Below, in pieces: positions 52,315 to 62,614 of a stretch of DNA of 64,000 nucleotides; position 1 is the first letter of the stretch; every line of letters starts with the position of its first letter. The stretch covers positions 21,959 to 85,958 of the forward strand of contig CAWHEP010000016.1 of NCBI GenBank assembly GCA_963828525.1, in the 5' to 3' direction. The translations under genes were made by a program, and so were the position numbers. This DNA comes from an uncultured Verrucomicrobiae bacterium. Lineage in GTDB: Bacteria; Verrucomicrobiota; Verrucomicrobiia; Chthoniobacterales; Chthoniobacteraceae. Below the pieces are notes generated by a model, which saw nothing but the letters and a program-made list of their open reading frames with translations, had not been told where the DNA came from and did no database searches.

Positions 52315-52854
52315 TCAGTTGTCTCCGCGATCAGAGTGAAAACCGTTGGTCTTCGCGCCATTCACGAGCAGCTTGCGCCCCATGAACTCTTTGTCGTGCA
52401 ACTCCGTCACCGCCCGCCGGGCCTCTTCCGTCGTTTGCATCGTCACAAACGCGAAGCCCTTCGAGCGCTGGGTGTAGCGGTCGCTCACGATTTCGGCATT
52501 CTTGACAATCCCGACACCATTGAACAGGTCAAACAGGTCACTCTCCGTCGCTTCAAACGAGAGATTGCCAACATATAATTTCGGCGAAGTTACTTCGACA
52601 AATTCTGGTTTGCCCGATCTGCGGCTGGCGGGCCGCTCCTGTGACGGGCCGGTCCCATTTACTGGTTGTTCACTCGCCGGCGTCTTCCCGCCAGTGAAAA
52701 ACGCGGTAATCTTCTGCCAGAATGTCTTCTTCTCCGGCTCTTGCCTGTGCGAGCCGTTTCTCGGCGCGCCATCGTATCCGCCGGGCCCGTTTCGGCGGGA
52801 GCGGCGAGGTCCGCGGTTGGAACGGCGGCCTTGGTGGGAATCGTGTGGTCTCAT
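52315..52854 (-). CDS. RRM-domain RNA-binding protein with Arg/Gly-rich N-terminus
   Basis: RNP2 LYVGNL and RNP1 KGFAFV. Confidence 0.92.
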   Translation of the reverse strand: MRPHDSHQGRRSNRGPRRSRRNGPGGYDGAPRNGSHRQEPEKKTFWQKITAFFTGGKTPASEQPVNGTGPSQERPASRRSGKPEFVEVTSPKLYVGNLSFEATESDLFDLFNGVGIVKNAEIVSDRYTQRSKGFAFVTMQTTEEARRAVTELHDKEFMGRKLLVNGAKTNGFHSDRGDN

Positions 52855-52907
52855 AGGATAAATTCAGTTCACTGTCATGCAATTGTTCGACGAAGCGCAT
52901 CAAGGAT

Positions 52908-53123
52908 GCACCGCTCGTGGGATGATCCTCGAGGGAGAGTTCCTTCCCGGAACTCTCTCTGACCACCTTTGGAGAACTTCGCCCTTCGCAGCCGGGTGTT
53001 GCCGCGTCAGGCCAAAAGGAAAATAACCACCGGAAGATGAAGCGAATCCCCATGAGGGAGCAGGAATTCAGCGGCAACATCGGACTTATCATCAAGGGAC
53101 CTGAGGCGAAAGACGAGCGGCGC
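52908..53123. ncRNA. Candidate structured RNA / long leader upstream of the RRM gene
   Basis: Nested complementary segments 52908-52918/53113-53123, 52978-52983/53105-53110, 52997-53005/53071-53079, plus hairpin 52932-52960. Confidence 0.4.
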
Positions 53124-53352
53124 TCTCTCTTACCCACCCAGCTTACGATAGTCTATTGCATGCTGGCCAAGGCGGCAAGCCTTATAAGCGGGGGTCTCTC
53201 TGAGGCAAGGTCACCTTGCGCGCGGACTAGCCATCACCGGCGGCCATGTCATGCTTAGAAGATGTTGTTTTGATATTTGCCCGTTTTATGAGAGATGTTC
53301 TCCCCCCTGCCGCCCGCGCGCGGCGGGCTGATTTTAACCTCACCCTTATTTT

Positions 53353-53964
53353 ATGACTGAAATTAACCCACAACTTGTAAAGCAGCTCAGGGAAAAAACG
53401 AACGCCGGGATGATGGACTGTAAGCGGGCCCTAACTGAAGCCGGAGGGGACATCGAAAAAGCGGAGTCCATACTCCGCGCCAAAGGTATTGCGCGCGCCG
53501 GCAAAAAGGCTTCGCGCGCCACGAAGGAGGGCGTTGTCGCCTCGTACATCCACCTTCAGGGAAAGGTCGGGGTTCTCGTGGAAATCAATTGCGAGACTGA
53601 CTTCGTCGCGAAGAACGACCAGTTCAGGGAGTTTGTGAAAGACATCACCCTGCACATCGCCGCCGCGCACCCGCTCTACGTTGTCCGAGAGGAAGTTCCA
53701 AGCTCGACTCTCGAGAAGGAACGGGAAGTCTATCGCGCGCAGGTGCGGGATAAACCGGCCGCGATCACGGAAAAGATTGTAGAGGGCAAGGTCGACAAAT
53801 TCTATAGCACCATCTGCCTCATGGATCAGGCTTTCATCAAGAACCCGGACCTCAGCATACGCGATCTCGTGCATGGGAAGATCGCGGAGCTGGGAGAGAA
53901 TATCGTCATCCGCCGATTTACGCGTTACATGGTGGGTGAAGAGGTCGAAGCGGAGCAGGGCTGA
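53353..53964 (+). CDS. tsf: Elongation factor Ts (short form)
   Basis: VKQLREKTNAGMMDCKRAL, EINCETDFVA, HIAA, KIVEGK, IRRFTRY. Confidence 0.97.
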   Translation: MTEINPQLVKQLREKTNAGMMDCKRALTEAGGDIEKAESILRAKGIARAGKKASRATKEGVVASYIHLQGKVGVLVEINCETDFVAKNDQFREFVKDITLHIAAAHPLYVVREEVPSSTLEKEREVYRAQVRDKPAAITEKIVEGKVDKFYSTICLMDQAFIKNPDLSIRDLVHGKIAELGENIVIRRFTRYMVGEEVEAEQG

Positions 53965-53984
53965 TACATTCGCTCCACCGGCGC

Positions 53985-54923
53985 ATGGAACGGGCATTGC
54001 AAGCGGCCCTTGCTTGCTGGGGAGTCGATGAGCGATACCTAATCGGCGTTTCTGGGGGTCGGGACTCAGTCGCGTTGCTGCATGCCATGGCGGCGATGGG
54101 TTATCGCCGCCTCGTCGTCTGCCACCTCGATCACGCACTGCGGGGGCGGCAAAGCAGCGGCGACGCTCGGTTCGTCCGCGCGCTTGCCGCTCGTCTGGGC
54201 TTTCCTTTCTTAATGGAACGCGTAGATGTGGCCGCCCTTGCCTCCGCTGAAAAGCTTTCCATTGAAACTGCGGCGAGGAATGCCCGCTACGATTTCTTCG
54301 CTCGCGTGGCGAGACGCCGGCGATGTTTCACCCTGTTCCTCGCGCACCATGCGGATGATCAGGTAGAGACGTTCCTGTTTAACCTGTTCCGGGGCGCGGG
54401 CGCCGAAGGGCTTTCAGGCATGCGTCCCGTTTCCGAGCGCGCTCTTGTCAGGGGCACCCTAAAGGTTGTCCGTCCGATGCTTAATATATGGCGGAGCGAG
54501 ATCGATGAGTGGGCGCGAGAGAAGCGGATCGCCCATCGCGAGGATACCTCCAACGCGGAGCGCGGCCCTTCGCGAAATCGGGTTCGGAACGAGATCATCC
54601 CGTTTATTGAAGCGGTGCTACGCAGGGATATCCGCCATCCGATCTGGCGCTCCGCGGAGATCCTGTCCTCGGAAAGCGATATGCTGGGCGGCATGGCGCC
54701 TGCCCTTGATGAGGAGGCATCCGCAGCCCGCCTGCGCGCGCTGGCTTTGCCCCTGCAGCGCCGCGCCCTTCAAACTTGGCTTGCGGAGAGGGGAGTGGCC
54801 AACGTCGGCTTTCAGGAAGTCGAAGCAGTCCGCTCTCTCCTCATGCGAGAAGCTCCCGCCAAGGTGAATCTGCCGAATGGCCGCCACGCGAGGCGGCGCG
54901 CCGGGAAGCTTTTCATAGAGTAG
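53985..54923 (+). CDS. tilS: tRNA(Ile)-lysidine synthetase
   Basis: SGGRDS PP-loop, HLDHALRG, ETAARNARY, AHHADDQVET, DTSN, RNRVR. Confidence 0.95.
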   Translation: MERALQAALACWGVDERYLIGVSGGRDSVALLHAMAAMGYRRLVVCHLDHALRGRQSSGDARFVRALAARLGFPFLMERVDVAALASAEKLSIETAARNARYDFFARVARRRRCFTLFLAHHADDQVETFLFNLFRGAGAEGLSGMRPVSERALVRGTLKVVRPMLNIWRSEIDEWAREKRIAHREDTSNAERGPSRNRVRNEIIPFIEAVLRRDIRHPIWRSAEILSSESDMLGGMAPALDEEASAARLRALALPLQRRALQTWLAERGVANVGFQEVEAVRSLLMREAPAKVNLPNGRHARRRAGKLFIE

Positions 54924-54975
54924 ACGCGTCTCAAAAAGTTTAGTTCTCGGATGGCCGTTTTTAGGTTCTAGTCGG

Positions 54976-56550
54976 GTGCGGATTGCGCCAGACGCGCTCC
55001 GCGCTTCTATGCCACTGGACATCGAAAGTATCTCGCAGCTTCCCGTCAGCGAAAGGGCCGCCCTGGCTTTGATTGCGGCGCCCGCCATTTATCTGGGGGC
55101 GATGGCTTTTGGGCGATTGCTGAAAAGGCGCGGCGGTGTCCGCTTGGGGGCGATGTATCAGCTTTTTTGTATCGTCATTGCCATACTTCTTGCGCTCTGG
55201 GTTTTCAATTTCAACTACCCCCTGACTCCCGACGCGGGCGCTCCGCTGGATGTCCGGCGGGAACTTGGCTCCGCGGCCACCTTGTTGGGCGCGCTCTTTC
55301 TTATCGCCCTCATGCGCCGGTTTCTCTGGGAGATTTACTTCCAGCAACAGAGAAAGACGGAGATCCCAAACTTTCTGCGAGAGGTGGTCGCCTTGGTGGT
55401 GTTTCTCGTGGCGGTGCTATGGGTAATGGGTTTTTCCTACCACCAAACAATCCCCGGTTTGCTGGCGGGATCGGGCATCGCCGCCGTCATTCTCGGCATC
55501 GCGATGCAAGACCTTTTGGGCAACATCATCTCCGGCATCGCGCTTGAATTCGGCAAACCTTTCAAGGTGGGGGACTGGCTCATGGTGGAGAAATACAGCG
55601 CCGAGGTGATGGAAGTCACCTGGAGATCCACTCGTCTCCGCACGCACGACAATATCTCGCTGGAGATTCCCAACAGCCAACTGGCCAAGGCGACCGTCAT
55701 AAACCTGTCCTACCCGACCAAGTTGCACGCAATGCGGCTCCGGTTCGGGATTGATTACGCCGCGGCTCCGAATCTCGTGAAAGAGGTCCTGCACAAAGCT
55801 TCCCTGAGCGCTTCCGGTGTCCTCTCCAAGCCAGCCCCGAAGGCCATGATCGTCGAGTTCGCCGATTCGGCGCTGATCTACGAGATCAAGTTTTACCTGG
55901 AGAATCACGCTTACTACTCCGAAGTGGTGGATCGGATACAGACCAACGTGTGGTACGCTCTCAGCAGAAGCGGCATCAAAATCCCATTCCCCACGCGGAC
56001 GTTGCAAATAGAGAAGCACGCGAAGCCGCCGCCCCAGGTTACTTCTGCCATGCGCGTCGCGTTGAGACAGCGGCCCTTCTTCCACTGCCTCAGCGAAGAG
56101 CAGGTCGATCAACTTTTCTCCACCTCGCATTTCGCGCGTTACGGGACAGACGAGAAACTTATCGAACAGGGCGCTGAGGGGCATTCCATGTTCATCCTCA
56201 TGCGTGGCGCTGCCGGGGTTTACGTAAATCGCGGGGAGAGTCTGGCGCTGGTCGCCACTCTGCAAGGCGGCGACTATTTCGGCGAGATGTCTTTGCTCAC
56301 GGGCGAGAGCCGCACTGCCACGGTCATTGCGCACGGAGACTGCGATGTCATCGAAGTAGGCAAAGCGGTCTTCGCCCAGATCGTGCAGGAAAATCCTCCC
56401 TTGCTGGAGAAGCTTAGCGACCTGCTCGCAAAACGCCGTTTGGAGACTGAGGGGGTCGGCGCTTCCGGAAGTGAAAAGAGTCTGAAGAGCAAAGAGATGG
56501 AGTACAAGGCTGGCTTTCTTCAAAAGCTCTACTCGATTTTCGAATTATAG
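54976..56550 (+). CDS. MscS-family mechanosensitive channel with C-terminal cyclic-nucleotide-binding domain
   Basis: GIAMQDLLGNIISG, PFKVGDW, IPNS, IPFP; cNMP domain GDYFGEMSLLTGESRTATV; alternative start 55009. Confidence 0.9.
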   Translation: MRIAPDALRASMPLDIESISQLPVSERAALALIAAPAIYLGAMAFGRLLKRRGGVRLGAMYQLFCIVIAILLALWVFNFNYPLTPDAGAPLDVRRELGSAATLLGALFLIALMRRFLWEIYFQQQRKTEIPNFLREVVALVVFLVAVLWVMGFSYHQTIPGLLAGSGIAAVILGIAMQDLLGNIISGIALEFGKPFKVGDWLMVEKYSAEVMEVTWRSTRLRTHDNISLEIPNSQLAKATVINLSYPTKLHAMRLRFGIDYAAAPNLVKEVLHKASLSASGVLSKPAPKAMIVEFADSALIYEIKFYLENHAYYSEVVDRIQTNVWYALSRSGIKIPFPTRTLQIEKHAKPPPQVTSAMRVALRQRPFFHCLSEEQVDQLFSTSHFARYGTDEKLIEQGAEGHSMFILMRGAAGVYVNRGESLALVATLQGGDYFGEMSLLTGESRTATVIAHGDCDVIEVGKAVFAQIVQENPPLLEKLSDLLAKRRLETEGVGASGSEKSLKSKEMEYKAGFLQKLYSIFEL

Positions 56551-56622
56551 GCCGCCCGTTTTCTACTCTCTCGCAAAGATTATTGTCGTCGCGCGGAGTC
56601 CTTTCCCGCATCATCCACGCCC

Positions 56623-58068
56623 GTGACAACCGAGCCGATCAATACCCATCAAAAAGCGCTCCAGGTGAACCTGGACGCCAAAAACTACGGAACATTTGCC
56701 GAGATTGGCGCCGGCCAGGAAGTGGCGCGCTGGTTCTTCAGGGTTGGGGGCGCCTCCGGCACCATCGCGAAGACCATTTCCGCGTATGACATGATGATCA
56801 GCGACGCCATCTACGGCCACTCCGAGCGGTATGTCAGCCGGCAGCGGCTTTCCACCATGCTCGACCATGAGTATGAGCTGATGATCGAGCGCCTGAACTC
56901 CAAGCGCGGCGCGACCACCAAATTCTTCGTCTTCGCGGACACTGTCACCACGCGCAGCTTTCTGCGGCACGATGAAGCCCATGGGTGGATGGGGATGCGG
57001 TTCCAAAACGCGCCTCATTCCGAGCCTTCACAGATCATTATCCACATCCGCATGCTGGACGCCGAGAACATCCAGCAACAGGAAGCGCTGGGGATTATCG
57101 GGGTAAATCTGGTGCATGGCGCGCTCTACCTGGAGAAGGAACACGATTTCATCCTTTCTCTGCTCGATGGCCTTACGGCGGAGCGCGTCGAGGTGGACAT
57201 GATCAAATTTTCGGGACCTGCTTTCGAGAAGACGGATAACCGCCTAATGAGCCTGGATCTCGTGCAAAGCGGTCTTACCAGTTCGGCCATGTTTACTGCC
57301 GAAGGAGAAGTCGTCCAGCCCGCCGAGGTGCTCTATAAAAAGCCCATCCTGGTGGAGCGGGGCAGCTTCCGTCCCGTCACGAATGTCACCATCGACATGC
57401 TCGAAGCGGCGCAAGCCCAGTTCGTGCAGGAGCCAAAGGTGCAAGGTCAGGAAATCGTCGTCCTCATGGAAATGACGCTGAAAAACCTCACCAGTTCCGG
57501 CGAGATCAACCACCAGGATTTCCTGAATCGCGTCGATATCCTCGGCACCTTGGGAAAGACGGTGCTTATTTCCAATTACGCCGAGTTCCACCGGCTCGCT
57601 GCCTACCTGTTTCGTTATACGAAACAGATGATCGGGGTCGCGATGGGCGTCCCCACGCTGCGGGATATTTTCGAAGAGAAGTACTACGTGGACCTTGAAG
57701 GCGGAATCCTGGAATCGTTTGGGCGCTTGTTCAAAAACGATCTCAAGTTCTACGTGTATCCGTACAAAGACACCACCACGGGATCGATCATCACTTCCGG
57801 CAACCTGCGCGTCGCGCCAAACCTTCGCCATCTCTACTCCTATCTCTTCGAGAACCAGTTCATCCAGGGACTGCGAGGCATAAAAGAGGAATACCTCGAC
57901 ATTTTCTCCCGGGACGTGCTCGCCCAGATTCAGGCGGGAGCGAGCGGCTGGGAGAAAAGCGTCCCGGCGCAGGTTGCCGCGCTTATCAAAGAGCGGGGGC
58001 TTCTTGGATACGGCTCGGGCGGCGCAGCCTCCTGCGAGTCCACAGCCGCCGATCCTAGCGATCAGTGA
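56623..58068 (+). CDS. Conserved protein with a C-terminal nucleotidyltransferase-like (NadD-type) fold
   Basis: YGTFAEIGAGQEVARWFF...GGASGTIAK N-terminus; RGSFRPVT resembles the GSFxP adenylyltransferase motif; cytoplasmic, no beta-barrel pattern. Confidence 0.6.
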   Translation: MTTEPINTHQKALQVNLDAKNYGTFAEIGAGQEVARWFFRVGGASGTIAKTISAYDMMISDAIYGHSERYVSRQRLSTMLDHEYELMIERLNSKRGATTKFFVFADTVTTRSFLRHDEAHGWMGMRFQNAPHSEPSQIIIHIRMLDAENIQQQEALGIIGVNLVHGALYLEKEHDFILSLLDGLTAERVEVDMIKFSGPAFEKTDNRLMSLDLVQSGLTSSAMFTAEGEVVQPAEVLYKKPILVERGSFRPVTNVTIDMLEAAQAQFVQEPKVQGQEIVVLMEMTLKNLTSSGEINHQDFLNRVDILGTLGKTVLISNYAEFHRLAAYLFRYTKQMIGVAMGVPTLRDIFEEKYYVDLEGGILESFGRLFKNDLKFYVYPYKDTTTGSIITSGNLRVAPNLRHLYSYLFENQFIQGLRGIKEEYLDIFSRDVLAQIQAGASGWEKSVPAQVAALIKERGLLGYGSGGAASCESTAADPSDQ

Positions 58069-58142
58069 AGAACCCGTTACGGGTTTGCGTCTGAAGGTTC
58101 CCGTCCCCGCCCGGGGAAAATGGTTCTTGAACTCCTCGCGTT

Positions 58143-60727
58143 GTGCGGAAATGGTTCCGCGTGCCTAACGCCGCTGCCCCCGTCCCGAAATCACCGCGTT
58201 GGGATGAAGTATTCAATGCGGATGGGACGCCGCGTCCGACCTTTCGCAGACTGATCGAATCGCTGCAAAAACTTCGCCCTCAGGACATGCGGGTGCTCGA
58301 CGAGCGCATGGAGGCTACCCTGCGCGAGATGGGAGTGACACTCGACGTAATCCGCAACGATCCTTGGGGGCAGCAGGCGTGGGAGTGCGATATCCTCCCC
58401 CAAGTCTTCGACACGGAGGACTGGGAAAGGATTGTCCGGGGAGTTCGCCAGCGCCTGCGGGCATTCGAGTTGTTTCTGAAGGATGTGTATGGAGACAAGG
58501 ACATCCTGCATCAAGGCGTGGTGCCAATCCAGCCGGTGCTCGGCAGTCCGCAATACCAGAACGCCTCGATAGGTTTGCCGCGGGCGGACGGCGCGTATCT
58601 GCACCTCAGCGGCATCTGCTTGATGCGCGACTCGAGGGGGGCAATCATGGTGCGGCATCATCAACTCGGGCACGCGGCGGGCATCTCCTATATGATGCAG
58701 AACCGGCGCGCTTTGGCGCGGGTGATGCCGGATCTCTTCCACGAAAGCGCTGTGCATTCCCTCGCTCAGACCCCGCAGGCGATCACGGAGAAGCTGCGGG
58801 ACACTGCCGGACAGGCCACGGACGAGCCGTCCGTGGTACTGCTTTCTCCCGGCGCGGGCAGTCCCATCTATTCCGAGCACAGTTTCCTGGCGCGGAGAAT
58901 GGGCGTGCCGCTCGTGCAAGGAGACGATCTTCTCGTTCTGAATGACCACCTTTATCTGAAAACGGTCCAGGGTTTGCGTCGCGTCGAGGTCATTTATACG
59001 CGGGTCGCCGATGACTGGCTGGATCCTCTGGTTTTTCGCAAGGAGTCCCGCCTCGGGGTGCCCGGCCTGATCCATTGTCTGAGGCAGGGCACCGTGTCGA
59101 TCATCAACAGCATCGGCAGCCAGCTCGCTGATGATCGAAGCCTCCTTTGTTTCGCCCCGCAGATCATCCGCTATTATCTCGCCGAGGAACCGATCCTTCC
59201 AACCGTGCCAACCCACCTTTTGGGGGATCTGGATCAGCGTGAGATGGTCTTTGGCAATCTCGAGGCTTACGAGATAAAGCCAATCTTCGGACGGTTCGTC
59301 GGGGGCGCAGAAGTCCGGGTGCGCGAGGAAGACCTCAAGGATGTCCTCAAAGACCCCGCCCGTTACATCGCGCAGCCCAAATATGAAGGCGCAGGCACGA
59401 TTTGCTTCAAGAACGGGAAGAGGATTAATCGGCGCGCAGGACCACACCGTTTTCGCCATGCGCTCCGGCGGCACTTACGAAGTTTTCCCGGGCGCTTTGA
59501 CACGAGTATTTCCAATAGCGGAGGCGACCGGAACATATAATCTCGGGTGGACGAGCAAGGACACATGGGTGCTCGGGGACGGGTCCGAAGCCCTGCTGAT
59601 CGGACCGGGACGTAAATATTCGGAAGCGCATCTGCCGCCCCGGCAGGTTACGAGCAGGGTGGCGGAAGCATTCTATTGGATGGGACGTTATTTGGCCCGG
59701 GCTTATCACCAGGCCTATCTGTTGCAAGTGATCGAGACTCTGGAGACGGAGGAACTCGAACTCCGCCGAACGGAAGCTTTACCGCCCGATGTGGAGCAGC
59801 CTCCTTCCGCCGCTTGAAAAAAGCGCCGGGACGAGCAAACGGAGCATGGCCAACAGCATGGATCGCTATCGGCTGGTGCTCCTGCCGGAGCCTGGCTCCA
59901 TCGTCTCAACATTCATGAGAGCGCTGCGGAACGCGGAGTCCATGCAGGAGTCGCTAAGCCCCGAGGCGTGGGCCACATTGACCGATCTCCGCTCGCGCTT
60001 CCAGCGCTCCAAATATCGCAAGGACATCCCGGAGATCGAATGCGGCCCTATCGCGCGCCGCCTGAGCGAGATCGTTGCGCGTCTCATCCCGCAGTTCTTC
60101 GCTGTGGCTTCGCGGACGATGCTTGCCGATGATGGCTGGAGGTTCTGTGAGATTGGAGAGATGATCGAGCGGGCGATCATAACCGCCAACGCTGTGCATT
60201 CCATCAGCCGATCGTTTGCCCAGCCCGAGCGGCAGGAGCAATCCCGCGACCATACCACCGAGATTGAACTTTCCGCGTTCCTACGGCTTTTGGGGACGCG
60301 TGACGCCTACCGCCGGATATACCAAATGCGAGCGGAGCCAATCCGGGTTCTGGAGATGCTGTGGCAGAATGCGGACGCGCCTCGCTCCATCCTCTTCTGT
60401 CTGGAGCGATGCGCGGGACTTCTTAGGGCCTCGTCTCCCGGTGATTCGGTGGGATCAGCGCGCACTCTCAGCGCCATTGAGGATCTTGTGCATAAGATTA
60501 AACGAATCGATTGGCAGAACTTTGTCCGTCCATTGGGAGATGATGATTCGCCCGCTCACGCGCCCGGCGCGGAGGGCGCGCTTCCGGCAGGTGCTCTGGC
60601 TCCTCTATTGATGGAGCTTCTAAACTCCACCATGGAAATCCACAATGTGATCTCGGATGGTTTCCTCAGCCATCAGGCGCATATCTCCCGTGATGTGCAG
60701 ACGGTGCTTAAGGGATTCAACGTGTGA
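58143..60727 (+). CDS. Circularly permuted type 2 ATP-grasp protein fused to an alpha-E domain (frameshifts near 59437 and 59760)
   Basis: WDEVF, QRLRAFELFLKDVYG, EHSFLAR, LDPLVFR.ESRLGVPG, PGALTRV, SKDTWVL, then SRVAEAFYWMGRY, GEMIERA, PRSI. Confidence 0.85.
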
Positions 60728-60820
60728 ATCGAGGACTCGATGCCTGAATCGCCGCCCTCGTCTTTTCGCTATGCGGCATGTGGACTCTATGAGAGAAGTG
60801 TCCCGGGCAGCGTCGGTTCT

Positions 60821-61769
60821 ATGGAATTCGAGATCACACACACCACGCATTACACATATGGCCACGCGGCGGCTGAGGCCTACGGGGAGGCGCGGCTCAC
60901 GCCCCCTACGTTGCCTACTCAAGAGGTTCTAAGCCACAGTATATCCATAGATCCAGAAACGCGCACAAGCACTTACGTGGATTACTACGGAAATGCAGTG
61001 GATTTCTTCTCGCTGCCTTTTCGGCATAAAAAACTCGTCGTCACAAACAACGCCGTCGTGCGAACGATCAGTCTTGCCCGTCCGCAAGACAGCATGGAAC
61101 TGAGCGTGCAGGAAGCGCGTCAGATTTTTGCGTGCGCGATGCCGGAGATATTTGACTACCTTCAGCCAACTCAAATTGTTGAGACCGGCAGGGAGTCTGT
61201 GCAGTGGGCAAAGAAGTTTCTTCGCGGAAGCTCGCAGCTATGGCGAAGGATTGCAGCGGCTGAATGAGGCAATCCACGACAGCTTCGTTTACAAGAAAGG
61301 CTCCACGGATAACCAGACTCCGCTGGCTGCGATTTGGAAGGAAAAGAAGGGCGTGTGCCAGGATTTCGCGCACGTCGGGCTGAGCATCCTCCGCACGGCG
61401 GGGTTGCCTTCCCGTTATGTCTGTGGCTATATCGAGACTGATCCTCCAAAGAAAGCGGTGAAAAGGCGTTAACCGGGGCGGTGGCGACACATGCATGGAT
61501 CGAGGTGATGGTGCCAGGAATGACTTGGGTGGCGATTGATCCCACAAATCGACAGTGGGTGAACGATCGCTATGTCGCGGTCTCCTTCGGGCGGGACGCC
61601 CGCGATGCGACACCGCTTCGAGGGACTTTCAAAGGGGCCGGCGGGCAGACGATGAAGGTGAACGTGAAAATGAAGCGGCGGGCTCCGGAGAAGGCGCAAA
61701 AAGGAGACAACGGAAGCAATGATGGCGCCTATTGCGAACGGCTGCCCGAAGGAAAACGGGCAGGGATGA
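60821..61769 (+). CDS. Transglutaminase-like protein 1 (frameshifted)
   Basis: ITHTTHYTY, DYYGN, GVCQDFAH, PSRYVCGY, THAWIEV, DPTN, GRDARD; probable stop TGA in an ATGA overlap at 61766-61769. Confidence 0.82.
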
Positions 61770-62614
61770 ACATACACATCAGTTACCAGACGCAGTACAC
61801 TTACGACAGGGAAGTCAGCTTCTCGCCGCACATCTTCAGGCTGTTTCCCCGCGGCGACCACTTCTTTCGCGTAAAGCAGACTTCCTTCCAGACGAACATG
61901 GCCGCGGACATGCAGCACAGGCGCGATCTGTTCGATAACGAGATCGCGCGCTGTTACTACCCGGGCAAAAGCCGGATCCTGCAGGCGTCGCTGTCCCTGG
62001 ATCTTGAGGTGCGGGAGAAAAACGCGTTTCATTTTTTGCTCGATCGGCACGCCCTGGACTTCCCTTTCGCCTACACGGCTGGAGAGGCTGCGGCGCTGGC
62101 TCCGTTTATCGCAAGGCAGGGTCCGATGACGGAGATGCCGTTCTGGAAGATTCCTTCTGAGCCACAGCCGACCGTGACGGCTCTCGTCGAGCTAAACGAG
62201 GCATTGTTCAAGAATCTGAAATACGAGAGGCGGGACGAAGGAGCGGCAAGGTCTCCGATGGAAACTGTAGCTGTGGGTTCCGGGGCTTGCCGTGATTTTG
62301 CGGTGTTGCTTGCCGATGTCCTCCGCTCCAGAGGAGTTGCCGTCAGGCTGGCTAGTGGCTACTTGTGCGAATTTGGTGAGGAGGAAAAACGCGCCGAAGG
62401 AGCACTTCACGCCTGGGTGGAAGCCTATCTGCCAGGTGCGGGATGGCTCGGGCTGGACCCGACCAACGGCGTGTTCTGCAATCACAACCACATCACTGCG
62501 GCCATCGGTTTGACTCCAGGAGACGTGACTCCCGTTGACGGTAGCTACTACGACAAGGGCAGGGTGCCTTCGCTGATGTCCGCGAATCTTTTACTTTCAA
62601 GATGCGACGAGTAG
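61766..62614 (+). CDS. Transglutaminase-like protein 2
   Basis: MNIHISYQTQYTYDREV, DLFDN, GACRDFA, ASGYL, LHAWVE, GLDPTNG. Confidence 0.88.
   Translation: MNIHISYQTQYTYDREVSFSPHIFRLFPRGDHFFRVKQTSFQTNMAADMQHRRDLFDNEIARCYYPGKSRILQASLSLDLEVREKNAFHFLLDRHALDFPFAYTAGEAAALAPFIARQGPMTEMPFWKIPSEPQPTVTALVELNEALFKNLKYERRDEGAARSPMETVAVGSGACRDFAVLLADVLRSRGVAVRLASGYLCEFGEEEKRAEGALHAWVEAYLPGAGWLGLDPTNGVFCNHNHITAAIGLTPGDVTPVDGSYYDKGRVPSLMSANLLLSRCDE

Noticed and set aside
52670..53258. ORFs 52670-53137 (-) and 53037-53258 (+) in the RRM-tsf gap
   Set aside because: No recognisable motifs; one overlaps the RRM gene out of frame; the region is better explained as non-coding.
58191..59474. Long antisense ORFs (also 20769-21767, 48868-49920, 55417-56523, 10488-11405)
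   Set aside because: Shadow ORFs opposite well-supported genes, as expected in GC-rich DNA.
61481..62614. Apparent 377-aa fusion of two transglutaminases
   Set aside because: More simply explained by an indel in the A-run near 61697; the alternative frame ends in an ATGA overlap at 61766-61769.
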